Assembly: GCA_963575745.1 (NCBI GenBank)
Contig: CAUYUJ010000001.1
Location: 434,001 to 498,000 of the forward strand
From: Prorocentrum cordatum
Taxonomy: Eukaryota
Direction of reading: 5' to 3'
DNA length: 64,000 nucleotides
A program made the position numbers and the translations under genes. The notes under the pieces are model-generated. The model saw nothing but the letters and a program-made list of their open reading frames with translations, did no database searches and was not told where the DNA came from. Positions 52,092-64,000 of the stretch are shown here, piece after piece. The stretch's first letter is position 1. Every line of letters starts with the position of its first letter.

Positions 52092-52539
52092 ACTGCGATT
52101 ATGGACCACCGCAGGCAGCCGCAGACATAGAAGTGTGAAGCGCAGCTCTAGCTGCCTCCCTTTCTACAGGGAAGCATTTGTCACGAATGAACTCGTGCAA
52201 TTTGGGAATGGCCTCTACGCGGCGGTGGCTGCTCAACTCGACGTGCCAGCCGCACGAACTTCGCCAAACTGCACGCAATGCACAACCGAGGAGCGAACGT
52301 TCTCGACAAACTCGGGGCCGTCCGTGCACAGACGCCTAACGCTGGCGGTTTCGAGCTCCAGCCTCTGGCGCACAGAAGCCACTGCAACCTCGAAGTCGTT
52401 GACGCGTTCCGCAAGAATTGTGCGCTCCTTGGCCTCGGGGCCCTTCGTGGCGATGTCCCGTGCCGGGGCCGCCTCCCCAGAACCGCGGCGGCGCCCCCTC
52501 AGGAGCCTCCCCAAATTCCAGCCGCGTGCCCAAAGACGC

Positions 52540-53560
52540 CTGCAGTGCCCATCCAGCGGAAACCTCGAGAGGAGCCTCGCGGATATGACCAAGGACAGCT
52601 GAGGAGCCCCAACGGCCCAAAAACCGAATGGCCCCGGAACCGAGCCCAGCCCTGGCCAACCCTTGCGCTCCAGCAGCCCGCAAGGTGTGCCCCGCCCACT
52701 CTTCCTCCCCCCCCGGCCCCCGCCGAGGAAGACCCAAATGCTCCGCTGCCGCCGCAAGGGTCGCAGCAACAACCGCTTTAGAGCAGGGCAGCCCGAGGAG
52801 ATCTGGGAACAAGGGGAGGTCGGGGAGGGGCATCCCTCCCGAAAACTGCCCCGGGAACTTCCTCTTTAACCGATGGGCCTGGGAGGCAGCGGTGTGCGCT
52901 GGACATATGCGGCCGAAGCGGCCCGAGTGGCAGCAACACCCGTAAGTGCGAACAGCCCCCAACGCCTCTGAATCAGTTTTCGAAGCTGGAAGGTTCCAGG
53001 ACACCTCCAAGGCAGGGCCGGAGCCAGCAGGAGTGACGAAACATGCCCTCGTGCATGAGATCTCGATCTCCCGGAGCATCCACAACGCGCCAGCGATGAT
53101 CATCCACTTCGGGTTAGCCGGGTCGCCTGGCACCCACGGCTCCTCGCCATCAGGTAAAAGGTGCAATTCCTCCATCGGTAACGGCGAAGCCTGAAAACTG
53201 GGCCCCATGCCCCTCTCACACGCCCGAGCCGCATCGGCCAGAGCCCTCACAGCGCAGACGTCCACAGCATAACCCCTCCTTTCAGCTTCGACCCTGGCCG
53301 CGGAAAAGTAGAGCCGGGCCGAACGGTATCGACCGGTTTTCAAACTTGCGCCCAAAGCCAAGATGTTCTCAACGGTCAGGGATCACAGACTTGCACAAGT
53401 CCTGAGCCTGGACGCCATGGGCCCGCGGGAGGAATCCGCGTACACTGCCCGAGAAAACTCGTCCATGGCCTGCGCGCGAGCAAATCCCTCCCGAAGGTCC
53501 GGCATGGAACCTCGGGCATACTCCTGCCAGCCAGGCGCGCCAGCCCGCAGCGCCAGGATA
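52540..53560 (-). pseudogene. Second tyrosine recombinase, inactivated
   Basis: MLREIE (R), ASKTD (K), GHTLR (HxxR) and GRWGS are present; the expected catalytic Tyr reads His (CAT, 52585-52587); an in-frame stop at 53383-53385 separates the N-terminal part. Confidence 0.85.
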
Positions 53561-53940
53561 GCTGCGCGGCCGGGTGCTGCGTCAGAAACCGCAGCCCTGG
53601 ATGCCTGCGCCCCTGCGCCAGTCCCGACCCCCTGCCTGGGGCCTCCTCCCCTGGCAGGAAGCCCAAATGGGACCGCAGTGGACCCCAGCTCCCGCCGAGG
53701 GCGGGTTGAGGCTAGCGGAACCAGGTCCTCCCTACGCCGGCGGCGCCGTAGCATGGGCCGGAAACCCATGAACAGGCCGGCAAACGGAGTGGCCGAGCTT
53801 GCGCCGAAATGGCCGGAGTAATCATGGCGGGATGAAATGTAAAGAATGGCGCACCCAAACAAATGTCGAATGGCGACGGCGTATTTTGAGAGGCCCACAG
53901 CGCGTAGCCAATTTTTTTGCCAAAGCAATCTTCGCGGCCA

Positions 53941-54046
53941 TGCTTGGTTAATCGATCCCCTGGTGCGATGTGGTATGATCACAACGAAAACTGCCTGGTT
54001 AATTTATCCTCTGGTGTGATGTGGTCCGATCACAACGAAAATTGCC
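53941..54046. repeat. 51-bp tandem duplication
   Basis: TGC(T/C)TGGTTAAT..ATCC.CTGGTG.GATGTGGT..GATCACAACGAAAA twice. Confidence 0.9.
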
Positions 54047-55332
54047 AGGACAGTAGGTTCAGTCGGCTTGGTTGCTGGGTTTTGTCTGGTAGTCTTGAGC
54101 CGGCTCGGAAAATAACATACAAATCACACGCGAAACTGAAACATGTGTAAGAATGTCTGGAAAACTCGAGCACGGCTGCCGGTCCAGCCGGGCATAACAA
54201 GGAGGAGCAAGAGCGGGCGAAGGCGCAAGAAGAGTGCAGGGGCACGCGGGTACAGCTTTGGACGAAGTCCTGAATTGGGTGGGGGCGAAGCAGAACCAAG
54301 CCCCCGGGGGCCCACGGGGCCCGAAGAGGAAGGGCCTGTAGCAGCCAAGCGCTGCCAAGGAGAAGTTCGCATTCGGAATACGAAGCCGCGGAGAAAAACA
54401 AAAACACCCCTCAGAAAATGTACTGGCTCAAAAACTTGTAGTAGTAGACTCAAGACTTGTGCAGAATGCTCGGCGTATGCAGCCTCCCAACTGGATGCAT
54501 GAACGCGTAAGGAAGCGGCAACATGGATGGCGACCGCGCAAACAGAATAGGCAGCAGGCTAGTTCCTCCTCTGTCCCATGTAGGGTTCAGGTCGATTGGC
54601 TTTAGAACCGCTGGCGCCTTCACCGCGGCGGAAGGACGGCTTCCCTGCCGAAGCGCCCATCTGGGTCTGGAACAGATGACGCTGGAAGAAATCTCCCCAC
54701 AGTGTGGCAAGAACTCGCCCCGTCTGCTGTCTCAGCTCGTTGCAGTGTGCCCGCCACGGAAGGCGGGGCTGTATCGGCGGCGTGCTGATCAGAACGGGGT
54801 ACGTCCAGGATGCGGGGGTGAACGAGAGCGGTCCGGAAGTGGAGCAGGTGCCAGAGCGGGCTCTGCAGCAAGACTTCCCCCGAGGTCTGCGCTTTGGCCG
54901 GCTGCACCTGCTAGATGTGGAGTGACCTCAACGCGAGGCTGAAGGCCATCAGGAGGAAGAGGAGAGGCTGGACATCTATGGCCATATGGCCTGCTTGGCC
55001 GTCCGGCGTTTTTCCCTTTCGTAAACGTTGGGCTCGACGCACAGCTCGAAGTTTCTCCAGCAATTGAGCAAAATGGTCGGAGTCTTCAGCTTTGCCCTGC
55101 GCATCATGGGCTCGCTCCTTGTGCAGAGTCGCTGGCGCAGAGGGCCGCGCAGCCGCACACATCACATTGCCCGCAACCGCAGCAGCCACAGCAGCAACAG
55201 TGCGCCTCGGCGCGTGCTCCCGGATCGCCGCCTGCACGGCCGCCGCCACAAAGGAGGGGCCATCAGCAGCTATGGCGCTCATCTATGTCTAGCAAGGGGA
55301 GCCCCCAGGGAACATCTAAACAAATGCGATCG

Positions 55333-55353
55333 CTTGAGCCAAAATGCCCCGGA
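55333..55353 (-). other. Relict dinoflagellate spliced leader ~50 nt upstream of ORF 54911-55282
   Basis: TCCGGGGCATTTTGGCTCAAG; the last 14 nt are identical to DinoSL. Confidence 0.75.
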
Positions 55354-55369
55354 GCGCCCGGGGTGTGGC

Positions 55370-58300
55370 GGCACGTGCGCTCGATCCAAAAATGCCGAAT
55401 GGTTCGCGAACGCATGATGCCACGGGGCGTCCGGTGGAACGTTGCTCGCCACTCTGTCCAAGACCCAGTTGCACACCGAGCCCGCATCCGCATTGAACTG
55501 ACGGCACACGTGGTCTATGCGCACCTCTTCCACGGATGGGAGACGGCGCAACCTTTTAATAAACGCCAAGGCGCGCTCGTTGGCTGGGCACAGCGCAACG
55601 CACGCACGTCTGCACTCGCATCTCAACTGCCGGGCCACCAATAGAGAATCCAGCAAAAAAACGCATTCGCGGGGCAGGGTTCTCGACAGCATGCTCAACT
55701 GAAAGCAACGCCCATGCATGCCCAGCCTCACTGTGCATTGCGTCTCCGAAGATCGCGCCACAACATGCCACTGCGCGTCTCTCACCTGCGTGAAAACGCA
55801 CGCTGCCGCAAGAGGATAGGCGCTGCCCCGCTGCCCCCTGCTGACGAGCGGCCCCGTCTGGGGCATAAATCGTCCGCCCGGGCTCAAACGTAGGCACGGC
55901 CCTCGCTCTAATCGCGCTTTTTCCGAACGCGCTAGCTCTTGAGGGCTGCCCGCCAGCCACGAGTCTTCACATAAGCACCGCACGTGGCGAGGCATATCTT
56001 CGTGTGAGAAGAACGCGTGGCCCTGCAAGAGTAAGCGACGCACTCGCGCGATGGCGCTTGCGATCGCCAGCACCTGCTGGGGACCAGAACCTCCGCCAGG
56101 GTGCTCCTGGAGCCGCAACTGTGGGATTGTCAACTTGGCGTGTTCTGGACATAAATTTGCAAGCGTAGAACGCACAACAACGCGCGAGTCGCGGTGAGCA
56201 ACTGAATCACTAGCGGGTGACTGGCAAACTGGGGATGGCGACGCGGCCCTGCCAGACGCGGGGGCCATCCGATGCGTCGTCATTTCGCCATTCAACAGTC
56301 GACCCATGAAAGCGATGCGGCGCTCGCCCAGGACAGCGGGCGGCATGACAGACAGCGCAAGCTGACCTGGCTGCCGCTGCAGCCCGCGGACGGCCAGCCG
56401 AGCTTCAACCGCGTGGCCCGCAAGTGGCAACTCAGCTGCATGCATCTTTTGGTGTAGCAGACGGTAGGTGCTGAACCTGGCGGCTCGCGCGCGCCGCGTG
56501 CGACTCCGCGCGTCGGCCGCGACCTCCGTAACCGCGCAACCTGCGATGCCATGAAAAAGCACGATGCGCCACAGAAAAAGCAGTTAAGGGCCTCAGCTCG
56601 CTTGCGTTACCAACGGTGCTCGCCCAGGAAGCAAACTGGGACATATCCAGGCATCCTGCCTAATCCACTCTCATCGCAGCAGCGAACGGATGTGCAACTG
56701 TAGCCAGGCACGGGTCGACTGCTTCCACCAACGTCTTAAACGACCCTCTGGCATGGCAGAACACTGAGAGAGGGCACCACCGTGCCCTTTCAAAGAAGGA
56801 GATGTCCTGGACGATGCGCACGCTCCGCGTATCGATCATCGCATAATTACTTACGTAAGAGAAGAGCGGCCACCTGAACACGTTCCATGCAAGTAGCCGG
56901 GTTGCAAGACTGGCGCGGATACTCCTGGGGGCAGCTAAGCGCGCCCGGAGCTTACTGAGCGTTTCTTGCATCGCGTCTTGCAGCGTAGCGTCGGGGCCGA
57001 GGCGGCACCCCAATGCTTCATGCTTGTTGACGGTGTGCGCATGTGGCCACAAGTGCCCAAGCTGGTCAGATTCAGCCTGGGTCAGGCGTCTGTTGGGGAC
57101 CCAATCATTCTTCAATGCGTTGATGGCCTGGCCTGATGCCCCCTCGAATTCATAAATGAAGGCGACTACCGTGGAGAGACCAGTGATCGAATCAAAATTT
57201 AGCTCCGAATCGTCGCAGAAGCCCCACACTTCGGAAACGCCTGGAGGGCGGGCCGCCCCATGCAAAAGGGGCCCACTGTGATAATGTACGAATGCGCACT
57301 CAAGGGATGGCCTTGGCGGAACCCAGAGAAAACATGCACTGCAATGAAAACGTCGCCTTCGAAACTCACATACGCGCAATGCCCATGCTCATGCGTCGCT
57401 TGTTGAATACCGCGCAGCAAGCTTTCCGGCAGTCGCGCGCGGGTTAAGACTGCCGTGGCCCATTCCCACGACATGCGATTTTCCCATTTTGCTGCAATCT
57501 AAGAACAACGAAAGAACGCAAAGTTGACTTATCTCGCTGTCCCCTCGATCTGGCTTCTGAGATGCCAATGGCATTGCGCTCAATGTGTCCCCCGCTCAGA
57601 AAGGCCTGCTGTCGTTCGTTCAACTGCGCGGCGCAAGCGCGATCAAGCATGCGAACAAACGTGCGGCCAATAACCTTCGCATTCTCATTGGGCAAATAAA
57701 AGTCGCGGACCTGGCAGATCGCGTCGGCGCCTGCGCTCTTCGGCAAGGCGAACCAAACGTACTCGGTTAGGTGATCGGGTGCGATGCCCCTGCCAGCAGT
57801 AAGTCCATCGAATGCCTCAGTGAATGCCGAAGCGAATGCGCGGGCATGAAGATTGTACAATCGTCCTCTCACACCAAATTTTCCTGGAGATGTGTCGTCG
57901 GATATGCTGAGCAATGCACCCGCAACTTCGCATTGAGATAACGCTGGGGAGGCTCCGCCAAGATCAACATTCCAATCCTGCAGCAAGCGTTGAAACTTGC
58001 GCGGGTCGCCTCTTGGGCCTCCCTTTCGTCGCAGAGCCTCTCGGCGAAGTATTCCGGCTAGACCGTCGCTGGGGCAGCATCTGGCGCCTGGTCCTGGGCT
58101 TCTTGGCAGGCCTACTCGCGGACGACGCTCTCGTGGAGCTCGCGGAGCAACTCGAGCAATTGCGACGGATCCGTCAAACGAACAATGGTGCAGCACTGGT
58201 CAAGTCTGGGCATGCAAACATCCAACGAGCAAACTGGCCAGGGGCGGCGTTGCTGCATTCGCGAGCAGAGACGTGCATGGCCACCGCAATCTCAAACCTA

Positions 58301-61300
58301 CGCGACGCGAGTCGTGCAAAGCATCGACCTTCTCCGAGAAATCATTTAGCGCAGGCCTGTGCTAGATCGCGGAATTCGCGCAAACCTTGCAAGCCACAAG
58401 ATCGCCGCACGCGCCGCTGATCTACGGCCTGAGACAAGTCTTCAAACAATCTGCTGTCATTGACAAGCCAATTTGGCATAGTGGCATAGGTGCGGTCGCT
58501 GCTGCTCGGCGGAACTGTCTCTTCCTGGGCTTCCGCCTGTTGAAACATGCAGCAACGGGCAAATGGTCGGAGGCATGCTCGTTGGGGATGTCCCTCACCA
58601 AATGAACAAACTGCTGACGATGCAGGCGCCGCAACCCGTCACGCCCCACCCGTGCGAAGCCCAAAACTTGTCCAACCCCAGTCCAACACTTTTCCAATCC
58701 ACTACTTTCGCCGAATTTTGAAAGCCCAACTCGCCGGGAAAGAAAATCAGCAAGTTCGCCCGACTCCGGCGCTCCAGCGGACCGCAGAAACGCGTCCCAG
58801 GCCTCCAACACGGGCATACTTGGGTGCCATGCTTCGGCCGCCGAGGAAGAGTATTGCTCGGGATCCGCCACGAAATTCCTGTCGCACTCAAGGCAGCAAT
58901 GTCCCCCATTCGTTCGGAATTGATTCACGGCCCGGCACGGCGCATGGAGCTGCGCAGCCCGAGTGGCACTGGAATGACTGTTCAAATGCACGTTAATGTA
59001 TAATCGGGTTGCGCCCTCAACTTTGCACCAGAAGCCGCGGGCGGCACCCTCCGCGAGCACGACGTGATGCGACTCGAATTCAAGGGGCCCCATGCAAGCC
59101 AACTTCACGAAGCAGGGCGTCTGGCGCGAAGAGGGCCAATCCAGGAGGGGGGGCCTTCGCAGTGAAACAGCGTGCGTCCACCAGCGATGCGCCAGAAAAA
59201 GGTGTCTTGCGCAACCGCGCTTGAGTTGTGCAGCCCGAAAAAAAAACATCGCAATGCCATGTTTACCCTGCAGAAAACGAGCGTTCGCCATCTTACGAGA
59301 GGGAACCAGTGGGTCTGATATTCCTATTAATCGCAAGTTATATACAGCAGCGCTGGCAAAGTCGGGATCGCCCCCGGCGGAGCGGATACCACTTCCCATC
59401 ATGCAAGCGACCCGCTGGGTTTAATTGGAGGCCCTGGTCCCCTTTCCCCGAAAGTATCCCCGAGGACCTTATGGGCCCCGCCTTTCCGCGCCACTTCCAA
59501 AGTTGCACTCGCCCCGACCAGACCCTGCAACAAATTGCACTCAATGTTTAATGGCCTGCTGGCAGATCAACTCTTTGCGTGGGCAATATCGTCTCCTTCC
59601 TGTGGGGCCAAGGCCACTTCGGGCAGAAACGCGCCTGCCTCGAGCAGGCCGCGTCAGCCCTCGCGATAAATGCAGCAGACCACTGTTCAGCTATTTCGCT
59701 AGCCTTCTTCATCGCCCCTGCCTCCCCGTGCTTCCCTATCGAGAAAAAACGCTTGCTGCTTGCGACGCCGATTTGCAATTTCGCGGCGCGATGGCATGCA
59801 GATATACATTCCCCTCCCCTGCCAGGCCTTTTGGATCGCGACGCGCCTTCAAATTCGCAACGGAAGCGCCAGGTACAACCAAGTCCCCAACAGCAGGTCT
59901 TAACCAATTCCCCTCTGGACCTTTGCTGGCAACTTGAGAAAATCTGCGCGATCGCGCTGGGGCCATTAGGAGTCAGCGTCAGCAAGACTGATGTGAGGTC
60001 CTGCTTCAAGTGCGACATCCTGAATGCCCGCGCCAACGTCATGCACGGGGGAATCGTAATCTAACTTCCAGTTAGTTGGTAAGCTACTGTCGTCATCGAC
60101 ACTCATTGTGGCAGGCCGCTGAGCATCGGTGCGCTGAGGGCCTGCCATGAGCATTGCGTGTCTGGAGTGCAAGCGGTCGTAGGAAGCCAAAGGTTCATCA
60201 ACAAACATTGCCTCTGCGCGTTGCCAACAATCCGGCAACTCTTCCTCCGGCACCTCTTCGGCTACTTGGTTCAAAGCAGCACTGCAGCGCATTGAATTGC
60301 ACCTCGGCCGCCAAGCCCCCGATTGCTAGGGCGTCTGGCAACGGGGCGATGAAACTCGCCGCCTTTGGGTCTGAGGTGCTTTGAACAGCTGGGCGACGGT
60401 TCTTCTTGGAATTCGCGCTCTGAACGTTTTCGCGCAGATCTTCCGCGAAGCGAACCGCGAAACGAGACCCGCCTGTGTTCAGCGCCCGCGTCAAGCCGAT
60501 GAGTGCTTCAGCTGCGGACGTCGGGGCAATCGAGCGCAGCGCGGCGCGCCCCTCAACAAAACACAGGTTCGCTTTGTGTGTGTCGACCCCTACGGCAGCT
60601 AAAATCCCCGGGCCGCGTCAATTTCAACATTTGGATCTACATGCGCTTGCAACTTCTTATGTCCAGGTGGAACGGAGGAGGCGTTTGCCCCACGAGCTGG
60701 ATGCGACAAAGACTGCGCAAGCCCGTCCTGGCACGGGCAGATTACACGGGCAACTCCTGAGCCGCAGTCATCGCTGATAAGAAAATGCGACATTGCATCA
60801 ACAAGCGCATCAAGGGTTGCCTCAGGAGCCTGAAAGACGATCCAGTGTTTGGCCCCCCTGGCCACTTGGACGCGATGTTCAGCCATGAGCCGGGCTAACT
60901 CCCTAAGCAAGTCCGCAACTCGCTCCGGCGACGCGTATGCAACCATCAATGGGTGATCTCCCGCTCGCGCGCGCCAGACGCGTCGCGCGATCGCGCATTT
61001 GCAATTAAGGCTTCGGCTCGCAAGTTCTTGCACGTGAAGGAATATCGACGCATCCCATCGCGCTGTTGCCGAACAACAGATTCTATGATACCTGCTTCCG
61101 CCGATTTCTCCAGCGAGGCCTTTCAAGCGGAAGCGCGCATTCCTGCACCAATGTATAGTATTGCGAATCGGAACGTCATGTATCGAAATGGGCACTGTGA
61201 GCTGTTCAACTGCCCACTCTGAGCTCAACATGAACGCGTACCAATGAGGAAATAATATGGTTCAGATGGTCTTGCCAACTTCCCGCGCGCTTCAGCATGT

Positions 61301-61830
61301 GCAGATGGCGCAATGCACGACAGAACACGCGAGAAGACAAACCGTTAGAGGGCGCTGCCAAAGCGTGCGTTGGGTCTCCGTGGAAACCCCAAAGGCTTCG
61401 GATGACGTCTGAGACCGAAATTTTACCACTGGTGCTGAGTGTACGTTGCTTTAGAGCTCGCTTCAAGACTGGGGCGGAAATCCCGTGAATCCGCACTCCC
61501 GCAGTTCCTGCCGAAATGAGCTTATCAAATTGGTCAAAATCGCCATCTCGATATACGGGAAAACGCGTTTCAGGACAAGTGATGTGCAACCCCTCGGGGA
61601 CGAACAAAGCATTGTATGAGGTATTCAAGCATTTGGAAGCCTCCGTGATAATTGCAATTTGGCATGCTTTGATCCGGCTTCCAGTGTCGCCGTGGTCTCG
61701 ATCGTGCTGTGCCTGGGCACGTGCGCCCCTGGGCGGCGTTCTTGAATGAAATCTGTCACCGGCAGGCCCAGGATGGCGAGCCTCCCCCACGCGGGCTCCC
61801 CGCAGCCCATGCCGAGCACCCCGCTTCAGG
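55370..61830 (-). mobile_element. Heavily decayed LINE: ORF1-like region, APE endonuclease, RT and C-terminal RNase H; boundaries approximate
   Basis: APE relics INVHL, CDRNFV (GDFN-like) and SDHLPV (~58530-59400). RT relics SPGKFG, LPKS, QQAFL, LFLDCSK, GFRQGHPLS, GFCDD and SGQAIN (~56800-57900). RNase H relics DSLLVARQL and HVCRQFNADA (~55440-55900). Many frameshifts. Confidence 0.82.
61764..61799 (-). other. 2A-like peptide motif GARVGEARHPGP
   Basis: Resembles the StopGo consensus D(V/I)ExNPGP and lies at the 5' end of the LINE coding region. Confidence 0.55.
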
Positions 61831-62159
61831 AGACGCGTCGTCCAAGTCTGCGCCGATGCCCAGGCAGCTCGGCAAGAAGTGGAGGAATCAAGGGTTGTCG
61901 GAGCGCTTGCTGCGCCAGCGCGCGCGACCGGCATCGCAGAAGCGAGGCCTGGCATCAGGGGGTCAATGATCGACATCTCTGGGGCCTCCTCCAGCATGAC
62001 CGTGGTCCTGTCCATCGCGTTTAACTGCATGTCTGGTCTCAGATAGATGGCAGCGGAGGTATTCATGTCTGCGCCCTCCACGATGCAGTCATTGCTCCGT
62101 AACTCGAGGATGCCATTCAGATACGCGTCCAACTGCCCGAAGCGCAGCCGCATGGCAAT

Positions 62160-63124
62160 ATAACAAAGCTGGCCAGGCTCGTAAGCGAAGTAATCGGCCC
62201 CGGCGCCGAGGCAGAAGGCCTTGCAGTCCATGGCGGAGTCGAGCTCGTCCACCGCTCCGACGGCCTCGGTCGCGATGCCCCTGCTCGCGATCCACGAGTG
62301 AGGGCAGAAGTCGCAGCCTGGCCCACCGAAGGACTCCACCTCGGGCGCGATGCCGCAGCCGTTGCAATTGGCGCCCATGTCGCTGCCCCTGAAGCAGTCT
62401 TGGCACACTGTCGGTCCAGCATTAATGTTTGTGCGCTCCCCGAACAAATAAGCAATTCGAGGCCTCGTGCGGGTCTTTGCAAACGCAGAGCTGGTCGGGC
62501 TCGTGCGCGAAATAGGCAGCTCCGACGCCGAAGCAAAACTCCTAGCAATCCGTGGCGGAATCGACGACCTCCCCCGCTCCGACGGGCTCGGTCGCGGTGC
62601 CCTTGCCTGCGATCCACGAGTGAGCGGAGACGTCGTGGCCAGGCCCGTCGAAGATCTTCACCTCGGGCACGCAGCCGCAGCCGTTGAACTCGGCGCCCAA
62701 GTCATGCTCCACTCGGAAGCGTGCCCCGCAAAAAGCCGGACCTGCGATCACGGCGCTGCTCGACTCGAACGGAGCATAGAGCGGGTAACAAGAAGCCTCC
62801 GCATACTCCGCGTTGCAGACGCAGAGCGCGTCGGGATCGTAGGCGAAGTGAGCGGCCCCCGCGCCGAGGCACAGGGCCTGGCAGTCCGTGGCGGAATCGA
62901 AGACCTCCGCCGCTCCGACGGGCTCGGTCGTGATGCCCTTTCTCGCGATCCACGAGTGGGCGGGGAAGTCGTAGCCAGGCCCGCCGACGACCTTCACCTC
63001 GGGCGCGTAGCCTCAACTCTTGGCGCCGTCGCCCACGTCGTCGCCGGGTGGCCAAGCACGTCGCGCGCGCAGACCCCGGGATCGCCAAGAGCAGCCCCGC
63101 CTGCATGGTGCGCAGAGCGGCCAT
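62160..63124 (-). pseudogene. Intronless pseudogene of a secreted Cys-rich repeat protein (three ~110-aa PAN/Apple-like repeats)
   Basis: Signal-peptide-like MAALRTMQAGLLLAIPGSARA; the repeat PEV...GPG.D...HSWIA..G..TE.VGA....DSA.DC...C.G.GA..FA..P..LC occurs three times; stops and frameshifts. The PAN fold is inferred from the C-x3-C...F.Y...C pattern. Confidence 0.7.
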
Positions 63125-63409
63125 CGCCGATGCTCAGGAGAAGAGGGAGCAGGGCGGGCCGAAACGGACAACGCGGGAACCGACGCAGAGAACGGAGGTT
63201 CAGGGATCGCCTTGCTAGCGGCTAACCCCTCGGGCGCGGGCGCCCGGGCGCCCCGCGCGGACCGGCGGGCCGCCGCCAGGGCGCAGCAGCTTGAGCGCTT
63301 AGACTTGAGCGTTGAGCCTTGAGCCGATCGAATCCCGCGCCCAAAACACCCTCGCCCACCGGCAACTGAGTCAATGTCGGAGCAGGCGGCGGGCAATCCG
63401 CCACCCACG

Positions 63410-63885
63410 TCCGCCAGATCACGTCGAGCGCAGGCGGGGCGACAGCCTGAGCGGCCCGAAGCGCCAGGGGGAAGGGCTTCGGCGGGACGGCTGCGCGCCG
63501 CGAGAAGGAATCCGCCCAGTCGTTCGCCTCAGACGGGAGGTGGGCTACAACGTAGCTCCATTGAAACGCGGCCTTTCGCCAACTTGTCTCCCGCGTAACG
63601 GCGTTGACCTCGCGACGGGCCCTGAAATGGGCCGCGCCGGTGAGGGCGCCGACGTTGTCGCCCATGAGCGCGAAGCACTGGCCAACCGCGAGGTCGTCCG
63701 CCCAGACCAACAGGCAAACGAGCGCCGCGATGCACTCCCAGAGGTTCTGCCACTTTGGGAGCCCAACGGCCGCGCCGAAACGACGACAGAGCGAGTCTGG
63801 CCACGCGCAGTGCCAGTGCTGGATCGGTTTTCCGTCGCGTACGAGGACGCCACCGCCGAATTATGGAGAGGCGTCAAACTGACTA
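63410..63885 (-). pseudogene. RNase H fragment of a DIRS-type retrotransposon
   Basis: FDASP*FGGGVL, QNLWECIAAL, GDNVGAL and HLPSEANDWADSFSR give the D/E/D/D catalytic pattern; internal stop. Confidence 0.78.
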
Positions 63886-64000
63886 CCTACCAGACCACCC
63901 CAACCCAACCCGAAGACCCGAATTTCGGGTTGGGGGGGGTAAGGCTTCCCCATGTGTTTTTTTCTACGTTTCCCGACCCCCCCACTAGAAATCGAGGGTA

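Noticed and set aside
52336..63885. RNase H relic (63410-63885) and second YR as one element split by nested insertions
   Set aside because: The order is compatible, but no shared repeats, TSDs or junction continuity support it.

Overview
This is repeat-dense eukaryotic DNA, almost certainly dinoflagellate. The evidence is relict dinoflagellate spliced-leader (DinoSL) copies, GC/GA splice donors, and dinoflagellate-type retroelements. Main contents: (1) a structurally complete ~7.2-kb tyrosine-recombinase (YR) retrotransposon (5092-12278, minus) with split direct repeats A1...B1-A2-B2. It sits in a (TA)n tract and encodes gag, RT, RNase H, a C5 cytosine-methyltransferase-like domain and a YR. 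(2) A CER1/CER3-like (alkane-forming) host gene on the minus strand, reassembled here from at least five exons over >27 kb, including a 22.5-kb intron filled with (CTA)n arrays and nested repeats. (3) A 5'-truncated RLE-type LINE, a decayed APE-RT-RNase H LINE with a 2A-like motif, a second YR with no visible RT, a DIRS-type RNase H relic, and a processed pseudogene of a secreted PAN/Apple-like repeat protein. (4) Several MITE families, satellites, and paralogous repeats whose empty and filled sites record nested insertions. Most ORFs in the supplied track are artefacts of simple repeats. All calls come from motif recognition by eye; no searches were run.
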